NCBI GenBank assembly: GCA_963777315.1
Contig: CAVZQC010000002.1
Coordinates: 480,001 to 544,000 of the forward strand
Origin: Vulcanimicrobiota bacterium
GTDB lineage: Bacteria; Vulcanimicrobiota; Vulcanimicrobiia; Vulcanimicrobiales; Vulcanimicrobiaceae
Reading direction: 5' to 3'
Length of the DNA stretch: 64,000 bases
This document shows positions 51,040 to 60,957 of this stretch, piece by piece. How positions within the stretch are numbered: position 1 is the first letter of the stretch; every line of letters starts with the position of its first letter. The position numbers were made by a program, and so were the translations under genes. The notes beneath the pieces were generated by a model, which did no database searches, was not told where the DNA came from, and worked only from the letters and a program-made list of their open reading frames with translations.

Positions 51040-51708
51040 TTACGGCCTGGGCCGCACGGCTACCGGCACCGAGCTCGTGCTTCCGAACATCCGATCTCCG
51101 GCGTCACCCAAGCCCGGCACGATGTATCCATGACCGTTCAAGCGTTCGTCCAAGCAGCCCGTGACGATCCGCACGTCCGGATGCGCGCGGTGAATGGTGT
51201 GCACGCCTTCCGGGGCGGCGATCAAACTGATGAACGTCAGTTCGGCTGCGCCGCGGCTTGCCAACGCGTCGAGCGCCGCCGCGCCCGAATTTCCCGTAGC
51301 CAGCATCGGATCGAGCACGAAGACGTGCCGCTCCGAAAGATCGTCGGGCAGATTCGCATAGTACGCAACCGGCAAAAGCGTCTGCGGATCGCGATAGAAG
51401 CCCAGATGCGCGACGTCGGCATCGTCGATGACGTCCAAAAATCCCGGCAGCAAACCCAATCCGGCGCGCAGAATCGGCGCGGCGACGGGACGCTGCGCAA
51501 TGCGCTGTGCCGTCATGGCCGCGATCGGCGTGGTCACCTGCTGATTGCGCAGCGGCAACCGGCGCGTCGCCTCGTACGCCAAAAACGCGCCGACCTCTTC
51601 GATCAGCTTGCGGAAGACCGGCGTGGGCGTGTCGCGATCGCGCAGGCGCGCGAGCCGATCGAGCACCGCCGGATGATCGACGACCTGCAGATGTGCGCCG
51701 GAGCTCAT
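51040..51708 (-). CDS. upp: uracil phosphoribosyltransferase
   Basis: PILRAG, LDPMLATG, YIVPGLGDAGDR. Confidence 0.95.
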   Translation of the reverse strand: MSSGAHLQVVDHPAVLDRLARLRDRDTPTPVFRKLIEEVGAFLAYEATRRLPLRNQQVTTPIAAMTAQRIAQRPVAAPILRAGLGLLPGFLDVIDDADVAHLGFYRDPQTLLPVAYYANLPDDLSERHVFVLDPMLATGNSGAAALDALASRGAAELTFISLIAAPEGVHTIHRAHPDVRIVTGCLDERLNGHGYIVPGLGDAGDRMFGSTSSVPVAVRPRP

Positions 51709-52580
51709 AGGTTCTTGAACGCAAGCATTTCCATTGCGTCTTCGCGGTTTCCGTCACAACTTATGCGGCGTGGAGCCGAGATCGTATCAACATGGAACCC
51801 GAGACGCCGGTAGAGTCTTTTCATGCGTGAAGTTGCTTGATTTGAGGCAACGACCGGTCCGCGGTGGTCCTTTAACCAGTTTGCCAGGCGCTGCTGATCG
51901 TTCCAGTCGAAGCCGCCGGCGGAATAGGACGTAAATTCCACGTCGTACGGAGGGTCGGCGTATATGAAGTCGCCGTCTGCCGGAATAACGCTCTCGAAGT
52001 CTCCATGCGAAAACGTGTAGCGTTGAAGGGCCGACCGGTATTCTTCAAACCGTTCCCGGTATACGATTTTCTTGTAGCGGCCGAACGGAACGTTGAAGAA
52101 TCCCGCGCTATTGAACCGGCACAGCCCGTTGAATCCCGTCCTGTTCAAATAATAGAACAGCATGGCTGCCTCTGCACTGTCGCAAGTGCCCGTCGCGATC
52201 AGTTCGTTGAACCGCGCTCGATACCGACCGTAGACGTCGCGATTATTATGCCCCGGCGTAAGCGGCAAGCCGATTGCGCGTGGGTCCAAGCCGCGCTGCA
52301 GCCAGCGATAGAACTCAATCAAGTGGCGGTTCGCGTCATGCAGCAGCGCAGCTCGGGGGCGCAGGCCAAGCACCATGGCCAACCCTCCCACGAAGGGCTC
52401 CAGAAGCCGCCGGTGTTCGTGCTTGCCCCAAATCGGCAGAAGATGAGGAACCAGCCACCGCTTTCCGCCCGCCCACTTTAGCGGAGGCTGCAGAACGAGC
52501 GCACCGGCGGGTCCGGCAGCTGACGGCCACATGCCGTCCCCATGCGAAAACGTCGGAGTCGTCACGAAAGCGAACGACAC
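51705..52580 (-). CDS. Dam-family (D12) DNA adenine methyltransferase, orphan
   Basis: LKWAGGK, EPFVGG, YLNRTGFNGL, FNVPFG, DPPY; start may be 52532. Confidence 0.9.
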   Translation of the reverse strand: MSFAFVTTPTFSHGDGMWPSAAGPAGALVLQPPLKWAGGKRWLVPHLLPIWGKHEHRRLLEPFVGGLAMVLGLRPRAALLHDANRHLIEFYRWLQRGLDPRAIGLPLTPGHNNRDVYGRYRARFNELIATGTCDSAEAAMLFYYLNRTGFNGLCRFNSAGFFNVPFGRYKKIVYRERFEEYRSALQRYTFSHGDFESVIPADGDFIYADPPYDVEFTSYSAGGFDWNDQQRLANWLKDHRGPVVASNQATSRMKRLYRRLGFHVDTISAPRRISCDGNREDAMEMLAFKNL

Positions 52581-52581
52581 G

Positions 52582-53829
52582 CTAAGGAACGTCGAAACGG
52601 CCGGTGAGCTCGCGCACGCGTCCGCGCAGCTGCTCGATCTTCACGCGGCCGGCGATGTCGTCAAGGCCTTCGCAAATGATGCGCGCAACCTGCACGCATT
52701 CGTCTTCGCCGAAGCCGCGCGTCGTGATGGCGGGCGTTCCGATGCGCACGCCGCTGGCCACCATCGGCTTTTGCCGATCGTACGGAATCGCGTTCTTGTT
52801 CACGGTAATGCCGATTTCGTCCAAATACGCCTCGGCGGCCTTGCCGGTAAGGCCCTTGACCGAGACGTCGACGAGCATGAGATGCGTGTCCGTGCCGCCG
52901 CCCACCAGGCGCAGCCCCTGTCGCGTGAACTCCTGCGCCATCACTTGGGCGTTGCGAACGACCTGCTGTTGATACGCTTTGAACGGCGCCGAGAGCGCCT
53001 CCGCGAACGAAACGGCCTTGGCGGCGATCATGTGCATGAACGGGCCGCCTTGGATCCCGGGAAACATCGATTTGTCGAGCGCTTGCGCCCACTGCTGGGT
53101 GCAGAGCACCAGTCCGCCGCGCGGCCCGCGCAGCGTCTTGTGGGTGGTCGAGGTGATGAAGTCGGCATGCGGCACCGGAGATGCGTGCAGGCCGGTTGCA
53201 ACCAAACCGGCGATATGCGCCATGTCCACCATGAACACGGCGCCGATCTCGTCGGCGATTTCGCGGAACGGCGCGTATTCCATCGTGCGCGGATAGGCGC
53301 TCGCGCCCGCAATGATCATCTTGGGCCTGTGCTCGCGCGCCAGCTCGCGAACCTGATCGAAGTCGATGAGTTCGGTGTCCTTGCGCACCCCGTACGCAAT
53401 TGCGTTATACAGCTTGCCGCTGAAGCTGACTTTGGTTCCGTGCGTGAGATGGCCGCCGTGCGCGAGCGACATGCCCAGCACGGTGTCGCCCGGCTGCAGC
53501 ACCGCCATGAAGACGGCCATGTTGGCCTGTGCCCCCGCATGCGCTTGCACGTTGGCATGATCGGCGCCGAACAATCGTTTCAGCCGCTCGATGGCCAGGT
53601 TTTCCGCAACGTCGACGTATTCGCATCCGCCGTAGTACCGTTTGCCGGGATACCCTTCGGCGTACTTATTGGTCATGATGCAGCCCATCGCTTCACGAAC
53701 CGCTTTGCTCGCGTAGTTCTCAGAAGCTATCAGCTCGAGATTCTCGCGCTGGCGCCGGTCCTCGTTGCGGATCGCTTCGAAGATCTCGGGATCTTCGGCT
53801 TCGATATGCGTCGGGGTCAAAATTTCCAT
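52582..53829 (-). CDS. glyA: serine hydroxymethyltransferase
   Basis: [33 protein letters not shown]. Confidence 0.97.
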   Translation of the reverse strand: MEILTPTHIEAEDPEIFEAIRNEDRRQRENLELIASENYASKAVREAMGCIMTNKYAEGYPGKRYYGGCEYVDVAENLAIERLKRLFGADHANVQAHAGAQANMAVFMAVLQPGDTVLGMSLAHGGHLTHGTKVSFSGKLYNAIAYGVRKDTELIDFDQVRELAREHRPKMIIAGASAYPRTMEYAPFREIADEIGAVFMVDMAHIAGLVATGLHASPVPHADFITSTTHKTLRGPRGGLVLCTQQWAQALDKSMFPGIQGGPFMHMIAAKAVSFAEALSAPFKAYQQQVVRNAQVMAQEFTRQGLRLVGGGTDTHLMLVDVSVKGLTGKAAEAYLDEIGITVNKNAIPYDRQKPMVASGVRIGTPAITTRGFGEDECVQVARIICEGLDDIAGRVKIEQLRGRVRELTGRFDVP

Positions 53830-53833
53830 GACG

Positions 53834-54019
53834 TCACCACCATGAGTTCGAGTAATCTTGACGAACGAGTTTGCGCAAAGCGCTGAGCGCAACCACTGCC
53901 ATGATAGCTGCCAGTATCCACGCGAAAACGCTGTGCCCGCGAAGTCCCGCATAGACGTCGTATCCGCACACCAATGCGGATACCAGCAAGACGAATACCA
54001 ACCCGTTGCGCGTGTTCAT
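53834..54019 (-). CDS. small two-TM hypothetical protein
   Basis: fills the rpiB-glyA gap with 4-nt spacers. Confidence 0.55.
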   Translation of the reverse strand: MNTRNGLVFVLLVSALVCGYDVYAGLRGHSVFAWILAAIMAVVALSALRKLVRQDYSNSWW

Positions 54020-54023
54020 GCGG

Positions 54024-54548
54024 TCAAACCGGCGCTTGGACGAGATCGCGCGGCGTCTGCGCGTCGGACACGCTTCCGGTTTCGATTGCTTTGAGCGTGC
54101 GGGCGCGCTGCGCGTCGTTGTAGTCGAACAATTGCTCGACGCGATACGCGTGCCGCCCGCCGGAGGCGGGCGTCTTCAAAAACACGTCGATCAATCGAAC
54201 GATCATGTCCCAACCGGTCAGCCGCTCGGAGAGCGCTATGACGTTGGCGTCGTTGTGCCGGCGCGCGAGCTCGGTCATGAGCGGTTCGAAAACTGCCGCG
54301 CAGCGAACGCCGGGAACTTTGTTGGCCGCCATCGCTATGCCCAAGCTCGAGCCGCACACGACCACGCCGCGCTGCGCCTGCCCGCCCGCAACGGCTTCGC
54401 CGACGGCAAAGCCGTACTGCGGATAATCGACCGGCGTTTCATCGCACGTTCCGTAATCGAGAATCGTGTGGCCTCCATCACGCAGCAGCTGCGCGAGGCG
54501 ATCTTTGACCTCGAAACCGGCATGATCGGCTGCGATTGCGATATTCAT
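54024..54548 (-). CDS. rpiB: ribose 5-phosphate isomerase B
   Basis: AADHAG, DYP, ANKVPGVR, ARRHNDAN, GGRH. Confidence 0.9.
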   Translation of the reverse strand: MNIAIAADHAGFEVKDRLAQLLRDGGHTILDYGTCDETPVDYPQYGFAVGEAVAGGQAQRGVVVCGSSLGIAMAANKVPGVRCAAVFEPLMTELARRHNDANVIALSERLTGWDMIVRLIDVFLKTPASGGRHAYRVEQLFDYNDAQRARTLKAIETGSVSDAQTPRDLVQAPV

Positions 54549-54590
54549 TCGAGCGCAGGGCCTCCAACTGAGCGGTCGAAACGGACGCCG

Positions 54591-55316
54591 ATGAAGCTGG
54601 CGTGCTCGAGCACGGCGTTCGACGAACTCTTGCGGAGCGGCGAGCTCACCCAGCTGGAGTGGATCGATCTCTGCGCGCACGACGTTGCAGCGGACGGTTT
54701 GGTGTTCGACGTGCGGCATTTTCCGCGCACCGACGCAGACTACCTCGCCCAGCTCAAGAAGATGGCCGTCGACTTGGGGCTGACCGTGGCGGCGCTGCGC
54801 GACGAGGCGTTTTTCGGCGCCGAACGCAGCGGCATGGAATCTTCGCTCGACATTGCCGCAGTGCTGGGGGCGCCGTTGCTTTCCGCTGTGCTGCCCGCGC
54901 AAACCGCCGTCGATTGGAACGGCGTGCGCGCGAGTCTGAGCCGGGCGACTTCGCTGGCCAAACGTTTCAACATAACCCTAGCCGTTCGCAATGCTGCGGG
55001 AACGTTTGCGGCGAGTACGCTGGACATGAAGCGAATATCGAAGGAGGCGGACTCGGCGTGGCTGCGATACGCTCCGGAATTCGCAGCCTTCGATGCTGCA
55101 AGCGACCCCGCCGCGCTGCTCGCAAAGATCGTGCTGGTTTGGCAGCAAGCCCAAGCGCTGCCGGTTCCGTCCGGGCCGCCCGAGGAATTCTGGCCGCGTT
55201 ACAGGGGATTCGTCGCACTCGACGCGGCAGGCGGCAATGCCGACGCGACGTCGATGAAAAACGCCGTTCGCGCGTGGCGAAAGACGCTGCGGGAATCGTA
55301 CGCCGACCGCACGTAG
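54591..55316 (+). CDS. sugar phosphate isomerase/epimerase-like TIM barrel protein
   Basis: MKLACSS start, HFPRTDADYLAQLK; divergent family member. Confidence 0.55.
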   Translation: MKLACSSTAFDELLRSGELTQLEWIDLCAHDVAADGLVFDVRHFPRTDADYLAQLKKMAVDLGLTVAALRDEAFFGAERSGMESSLDIAAVLGAPLLSAVLPAQTAVDWNGVRASLSRATSLAKRFNITLAVRNAAGTFAASTLDMKRISKEADSAWLRYAPEFAAFDAASDPAALLAKIVLVWQQAQALPVPSGPPEEFWPRYRGFVALDAAGGNADATSMKNAVRAWRKTLRESYADRT

Positions 55317-55485
55317 CGTCTTCCGCACGAGGTTTGAACCTGCGTTCTCGCAGGTGGGTGCGGCCCGGGCGCCGGTACGGCAACCGCGATGGTCGGCCAT
55401 GCCGTCGTGACCGGAGCTGATGCTCCCTAGGTTCTCTCGTTGGTCCAGCACCTATGGTGCGGTGCGCGCTGCGCGCAGTCGACGC
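55316..55485 (-). ncRNA. ssrS: 6S RNA
   Basis: 170 nt; 5' GCGTC..CTGCGCG pairs with 3' CGTGCGG..GACGC; GAACC-TAGGGAGC and CACCCACCTG...AGGTTCAAA motifs; TGnTACAGT extended -10 upstream. Confidence 0.7.
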
Positions 55486-55555
55486 TCCTAACTGTACCAC
55501 CGCGGGTCAAGGGTTCGAGCTCTTGACGGGAGCGGCTGCGTCGTGATTGGGCGGC

Positions 55556-55999
55556 ATGGCGATTACCATTCCGGCATGCGCGCGCGCCGACTTCTCGCTC
55601 GCTCGAGCGTATCTGTGCCGCGATCCACAGGAACGCCGGCTCTTCGAACGCTTGCAGCACGGTTCGCGCCTCTTCCATCTGCAAATCAACCATCGAAACG
55701 ACGATCGCTTCGAGCCGTCGAACGGCACCATCGCATGGGATCCTTATAGCGCGCTGCGCACGTCGCAAGGCGGCAGGCAATCTCCCGCACTCGGCCTGGG
55801 TCACGAGATCGCTCATGCGGTGGAACCGCCGTCGCGTCAGGCAGCACTGAGCGCCCGCAGCGTGCCGGGTTACGATACGTTGGAGGAACGCAGGGTGATC
55901 CGCGGTTCGGAGCGGCATGCGGCTCGCTCGCTGGGCGAAGCCTGCCGTACCGATCATCGCGGCACGACGTATCGCGTGGCAACGCCTGTTTCGCGATGA
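55556..55999 (+). CDS. HExxH zinc metallopeptidase-like protein (M91/RHS-toxin-like)
   Basis: WDPYSAL...SPALGLGHEIAHA...EERRVI. Confidence 0.55.
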   Translation: MAITIPACARADFSLARAYLCRDPQERRLFERLQHGSRLFHLQINHRNDDRFEPSNGTIAWDPYSALRTSQGGRQSPALGLGHEIAHAVEPPSRQAALSARSVPGYDTLEERRVIRGSERHAARSLGEACRTDHRGTTYRVATPVSR

Positions 56000-56012
56000 A
56001 CCTGGTGGGTAC
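55988..56012 (+). promoter_or_regulatory. candidate SigB/SigF-type promoter
   Basis: GTTT-N15-GGGTAC, 24 nt before ATG 56037. Confidence 0.45.
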
Positions 56013-56036
56013 ACCGGGGGCACACGACGTGAAAAC

Positions 56037-56249
56037 ATGCTTGACGACGATCGCGAACGTCTAACGGGCCGGCCCAGCGACTACGGCGGCCGCAGCCTGT
56101 CGGACGAAGAACGGCGCCGAACCGAACGGGGCGAAATCGGACGCACTGCCGACGGCGATCCGCAAAAGGAGCGCGGCACGGCTGATTCGGCGAACGCCGG
56201 CGACCCCGGCGACGAGGAGTCGCCGCAGGACGACCTTCCAACGGCCTAA
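56037..56249 (+). CDS. small acidic hydrophilic protein
   Basis: 70-aa D/E/R-rich ORF after candidate promoter. Confidence 0.5.
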   Translation: MLDDDRERLTGRPSDYGGRSLSDEERRRTERGEIGRTADGDPQKERGTADSANAGDPGDEESPQDDLPTA

Positions 56250-56376
56250 AGGCGCAGCGGCCGGCTCAGACGTCGTTACTCGTTTCTGCTATAAGTGATT
56301 TGCAGCTTGCCGCCGCGCGCAAGCGGTTCGGCCCGCGCCGTCCAGGACCTCAACCTGTGCGGTGGAATGTCGTTTC

Positions 56377-57396
56377 ATGCCGCTTTCGCTGACGCTGAGC
56401 GAACTCGAACTCGAGCTCGTCCATCCTTTCCGGATCGCTAGAGGTACCGAAGAGGTCGCGCGGACTGCCGTTTTTCGCTTGATCTGGAACGATTTGGAAG
56501 GCCTGGGCGAATCGGTGCCGATCGCGCGTTACGGCGAATCGGTCGAAAGCGTCGTCGAATACTTTCAAGCACATTCGCTGCGAGCGCAGGACCCGTATCT
56601 GCTCGACGAGCTGCTCGTCGACGACATTCCGCCCGCTGCGCGCTGCGGTTTGGACATCGCGCTGCACGATCTGATCGGCAAGGATTGCGGAAAGCCGCTC
56701 TACCGGCTGTTCGGATTGGAACCGAGCAAGACGCCGGTGACGTCGTTCACGATCGGCATCGCCGATCCCGAAACGACGCTGCGCAAAGTAGCCGAGCTCG
56801 GCGATCATCCGGCGATGAAGGTCAAGCTCGGGGCGGGCACCGTCGCAGAGGAGATTGCGACGATCGAGGCGATCCGGTCGCGCTACACGGGTACGATTCG
56901 CATCGACGCCAACGAAGGCTGGAGCGCCGAGCAAGCGGTACAGGTGCTCGACGAGCTGCGCCGCTTCGACATCGAGTTTTGCGAACAGCCCATACCGGCC
57001 GGGCACCCCGAGCAGCTGCGCTACGTCCGGGAACGTTCGGCGATCCCGATCGTCACCGACGAAGACTCGCTGTGCGCGGCCGATCTGCCCGCATTGTACC
57101 GCTGCGTGGACGGCGTCAACGTCAAGCTCGCCAAAACCGGCGGTCTTCGCGGCGCGATCGCGATGATCCACGCCGCGCGCGCGCTCGGCATGAAGATCAT
57201 GTTGGGATGCATGGTGGAAAGCCAAATATCCGCAACCGCGGCAGCCCACATTTCGCCGCTCGTCGACTGGGCCGACATCGACGGCCCGTTCCTGACCAAA
57301 GACGATCCGTTCACCGGTATTTCTTACGATCGCGGCAAGATCGTTTTGCCGGAAGGCGCGGGTTTGGGCGTGCGCGAGAAAAGCGCCGTTGCATAA
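56377..57396 (+). CDS. dipeptide epimerase (L-Ala-D/L-Glu epimerase / DgcA-like, enolase superfamily)
   Basis: KVKLG, RIDANEGW, EQP, TDED, NVKLAK, GCMVES, DIDG. Confidence 0.85.
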   Translation: MPLSLTLSELELELVHPFRIARGTEEVARTAVFRLIWNDLEGLGESVPIARYGESVESVVEYFQAHSLRAQDPYLLDELLVDDIPPAARCGLDIALHDLIGKDCGKPLYRLFGLEPSKTPVTSFTIGIADPETTLRKVAELGDHPAMKVKLGAGTVAEEIATIEAIRSRYTGTIRIDANEGWSAEQAVQVLDELRRFDIEFCEQPIPAGHPEQLRYVRERSAIPIVTDEDSLCAADLPALYRCVDGVNVKLAKTGGLRGAIAMIHAARALGMKIMLGCMVESQISATAAAHISPLVDWADIDGPFLTKDDPFTGISYDRGKIVLPEGAGLGVREKSAVA

Positions 57397-58459
57397 ACGC
57401 CGCTATCTGGTGCTTGTGCCGGGACGCTTCAAAGACGACGCCAAGACCGCGCACGGCGTCATTCGTTACGGTACCGACGAAACCGCAGCGGTGGTCGACC
57501 CGTCGTGCGCGGGATCGCGCGTTCGCGACGTGCTCGCATATCTGCCCAGCGATGCGCCGATCGTTTCGACGGTAACTCAAGGCCTTGCCTACAAACCGAC
57601 CTCGCTGCTCATCGGCACCGCGCCCAAAGGCGGAGAGCTGCCGCCCGAATGGCGCGCCGAGGTGATGACGGCGCTGCGTGCGGGTCTGGAGATCGTCAGC
57701 GGACTGCACGAGATGCTCGGCGACGATCCCGAATTCGCGCGAGCTGCCGCGCAGCACGGCACCCGCATTTGGGACGTGCGACGGTCGCCCCAGGTTCCGA
57801 TCTTCACCGGACAAGTGTACGGCGTGGCGGCGCCGGTTGTGCTGGCGGTGGGCAATGACTGCGCCGTGGGCAAGATGACGGTGATGCTCGAGCTGGTGCG
57901 AGCTGCCGCCGCAAGCGGTAAACGAGCGGAATTCGTGCCGACGGGTCAGACCGGGATCGCGATTGCCGGTTGGGGGATCGCGGTGGACCGGGTCATCTCG
58001 GATTTCCTCACCGGTGCCTGCGAGCAGATCGTTCTGCAGGCCGCGCGTGCGCAGCCCGATTACATCCTGGTCGAAGGACAAGGCGGCATCAATCACCCGG
58101 CGTACGCGCCGGTGTCGCTGGGACTGATGTTCGGCACGGCGCCCGACGCTTTGCTGCTGGTCGCAGATCCCAAGCGCAGCCGAATCGAAGTCTTTGAAAC
58201 GCCGATCCTTTCGTACCGCGAGCTCGTCGACGTCCATCAAACGCTGTGCGCGACGGTAAAGCCCGCTCCCGTCGTCGGACTTGCGCTCAATACGCACGGA
58301 CTGTCTGAAGAGCGCGCGCGCGCAGAGATTGCGCGCGCGGCTGCGGAAACGGGCCTGCCCACGGACGACGTCGTCCGTTTCGGGCCGCGCGCGCTGTGGG
58401 ATGCCGTTGCGCCGCAATTGCGCAAACGCTCGCCTCTTTCCGCCCAGGTGATTGCATGA
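57389..58459 (+). CDS. DUF1611 protein (DgcN-like)
   Basis: KTAHG, SGLH, GNDCAVGKMT, TGQTGI, EGQG. Confidence 0.85.
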   Translation: MHKRRYLVLVPGRFKDDAKTAHGVIRYGTDETAAVVDPSCAGSRVRDVLAYLPSDAPIVSTVTQGLAYKPTSLLIGTAPKGGELPPEWRAEVMTALRAGLEIVSGLHEMLGDDPEFARAAAQHGTRIWDVRRSPQVPIFTGQVYGVAAPVVLAVGNDCAVGKMTVMLELVRAAAASGKRAEFVPTGQTGIAIAGWGIAVDRVISDFLTGACEQIVLQAARAQPDYILVEGQGGINHPAYAPVSLGLMFGTAPDALLLVADPKRSRIEVFETPILSYRELVDVHQTLCATVKPAPVVGLALNTHGLSEERARAEIARAAAETGLPTDDVVRFGPRALWDAVAPQLRKRSPLSAQVIA

Positions 58460-60084
58460 ACGTTCGCAAGCTGTCCGCAATCGCGCTCGGCTTGGGTCTG
58501 ATGCTCAGCGCGTGCACGAAAACGCAGCCGGCCCACGGCGCCGGTGGGCGCAATCCCTGGACCATCCCGGGCGTCCTTCGCGTCGGCAATCCCGACGAAC
58601 CCGACAACCTCAATCCGATGTTCGCGCATACGGACGCCACCGATCAAGTCGCCGGTCTCATCTACGCGAGCTGGCTGCGGTACGACGACGACGGCAACTA
58701 CATCCCGGACCTCGCCACGCAGGTTCCAAGCTACCGGAACGGCGGCATCGGCAAAGACGGCAAAACGATCACCTTTCACATGCGCCGCAACGCGCGCTGG
58801 TCGGACGGCGCGCCCGTAACGGTGCAGGATTGGGTCTTTACCTATCACGCGGTGATGAATCCGGCCAACAACACGAAGACGCGCTACGGGTGGGATGAGA
58901 TCGTTTCGGTGCGCACGCCGGATCCGTACACCCTGATCGTTCGCATCAATAAAGTCGATGCTTCCATTCTGGGATTGTTCGGCGTGGCAGGCGGCGCGGC
59001 ATATCCGCCGCTTCCCGCGCATCTGCTCGCGAAGCTTCCGAACATCAACCGCGCGTCGTTCAACGGCCGGCCGATTTCGAGCGGTCCGTACGTTTTGCAG
59101 CAGTGGAATCACGGCGCGTCGCTGGTGTTCACGCCCAATCCATACTATTTTCGCGGGCGTCCCAAGCTGCGCAAGATCGTGTGGAAGATCATACCGAACG
59201 TCAACACCCTTTTCGCGCAGCTCCAGACCCATGAAGTCGACGTGTACATCGGCGTAGACGAGAACGACATCGCGCGCCTTCCGGACGTGCGCGGCATTAC
59301 GGTAACCAAAAAACTGATCGCGAACTGGCGGCACATGGGCATCAACACGAGCCGCCCGCAGCTGAGCGATCCGCGCGTCCGCCTTGCGCTGGTGCAAGCC
59401 GTCGACTGGAAGCGCATCAACGATACGGTGTACCACGGCTACAACATGCCTGCGGTGAGCGACGTGTATCCCAAGCTGTGGGCGGCGCCGGCAATCGCGC
59501 CGTATCCATACGATCCGGCCGGCGCAAAACGGCTGTTCGCGCAAGCCGGCTGGACGCTCGGGCGCGACGGCGTTCTGCACAAGGGTGCCCTCGCAATGCA
59601 CATCACGATCTCCACCAACACCGAGAAGCAAGAAAACCAGCAGGCCGAGGTGCAGATCCAAAGCCAGCTGCGTCCGTACGGGGTCGACGTGGCGATTCGG
59701 AACTATCCGACCAGCCTGCTTTTCGCCCAAGACGGGCCGCTGTACGGCGGAAAGTACGATCTCGAGTGGAGCATCGAGACCAACGGCCCCGATCCGGACA
59801 ACCGCGGGCTTTGGAACGGCAAATTCATTCCTCCCAACGGCGCCAACACGCTGTGGCTGAACGATCCAATCGTCAACCGCACCTCGGAACTGGCCAATTC
59901 GACGTTCGATAGAGCCAAACGCAAAGCGTACTATCAGCAGGAAGAAGAACGCATCCACCAATTGGTACCGTCGCAGTTCTTTTATTGGGAGAACGAATAC
60001 GTCGCAGCCAACAGCGATGTGAAGAACCTGCGCCCTGCCGCGTTCATCCAGGACACGTGGAACTCGTGGCAGTGGGATATTTGA
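58456..60084 (+). CDS. peptide ABC transporter substrate-binding lipoprotein (family 5)
   Basis: LSAC lipobox, WSDGAPVT, SGPY, DPRVRLAL. Confidence 0.9.
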   Translation: MNVRKLSAIALGLGLMLSACTKTQPAHGAGGRNPWTIPGVLRVGNPDEPDNLNPMFAHTDATDQVAGLIYASWLRYDDDGNYIPDLATQVPSYRNGGIGKDGKTITFHMRRNARWSDGAPVTVQDWVFTYHAVMNPANNTKTRYGWDEIVSVRTPDPYTLIVRINKVDASILGLFGVAGGAAYPPLPAHLLAKLPNINRASFNGRPISSGPYVLQQWNHGASLVFTPNPYYFRGRPKLRKIVWKIIPNVNTLFAQLQTHEVDVYIGVDENDIARLPDVRGITVTKKLIANWRHMGINTSRPQLSDPRVRLALVQAVDWKRINDTVYHGYNMPAVSDVYPKLWAAPAIAPYPYDPAGAKRLFAQAGWTLGRDGVLHKGALAMHITISTNTEKQENQQAEVQIQSQLRPYGVDVAIRNYPTSLLFAQDGPLYGGKYDLEWSIETNGPDPDNRGLWNGKFIPPNGANTLWLNDPIVNRTSELANSTFDRAKRKAYYQQEEERIHQLVPSQFFYWENEYVAANSDVKNLRPAAFIQDTWNSWQWDI

Positions 60085-60090
60085 ATCCCG

Positions 60091-60957
60091 GTGCTCGCGA
60101 TGCAGACCGGCGTCGAGCAAGGCGCGACGCTCACGTTCGAACCCACGCGCGAAGGCGTGCTGAGCTGGAATACGCTCAGCCCGGCCGGAGCGATTGCGTT
60201 CCGGCTGCTGCGCGCGCACGCGCCGGCAACGCCTTGGCTGCAGTACGCGCGGTGGAGCGAACAAGGCCGGCAATCGTTTAGCCCCGAGCACGGGGGCGTT
60301 CGCGTCGACGTCGACGTCGTCAAGAGCCGGCAGCCGTTCGACGGAATCGAAGTTCGCAGCTCCGGCGTGCGGTTCAACGCCCTGGCGTTTGCTGCGCCCG
60401 TGCCCGCGCGCCCATCGATGCCGTTCATCGGCGAAGCGCGCATTCTCGACGTGCCCGCGCTTTCGCAATACGTCGTCGAGGGCGAGCGCGGCTGGTGTTC
60501 TCCCACGAGCCTTGCAATGCTTCACGCCTATTACGGTTTGGAACACGACGTGCCCGCTACGGCGCGCGCCGTGTTCGACCGGGCGTATAACGGCACGGGG
60601 AATTGGGCGTTCAACGTGGCTTTCAGCGGAAGCTTGGGACTGCGCGCGGCTGTGGTCTATTTGCGCAATCTTCAGCACGCGCAGCGTCTGATCGAGTCCG
60701 GCATACCGCTGGCGATCTCGTACAGCTGGGCGCCCGGCGAGCTGCCGCGCGCGCCGCTGGAACACTCCGACGGTCATCTGGCGGTTTTGTGCGGGTTCAC
60801 CCGGAACGGCGATTGCGCGATCAACGACCCGGCTGCGCCGAACGTGCGCGTCGTGTACTCGCGAGCCGCTCTCGAACGCGTTTGGCAGCGCAACAACGGC
60901 GTTGCGTATGCGGTCGCGCCGGTCGGGCTCGACTTTGCGCCGATCTGCAATTCATGA
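60091..60957 (+). CDS. C39-like cysteine peptidase
   Basis: SQ, WCSPTS, GNW, DGHL, NDP papain-like triad. Confidence 0.75.
   Translation: MLAMQTGVEQGATLTFEPTREGVLSWNTLSPAGAIAFRLLRAHAPATPWLQYARWSEQGRQSFSPEHGGVRVDVDVVKSRQPFDGIEVRSSGVRFNALAFAAPVPARPSMPFIGEARILDVPALSQYVVEGERGWCSPTSLAMLHAYYGLEHDVPATARAVFDRAYNGTGNWAFNVAFSGSLGLRAAVVYLRNLQHAQRLIESGIPLAISYSWAPGELPRAPLEHSDGHLAVLCGFTRNGDCAINDPAAPNVRVVYSRAALERVWQRNNGVAYAVAPVGLDFAPICNS

Noticed and set aside
58237..60777. Long antisense ORFs (846 aa here; also 1496-3469, 29358-30773, 52531-53886)
   Set aside because: Shadows of real genes caused by GC-rich codon bias; no motifs
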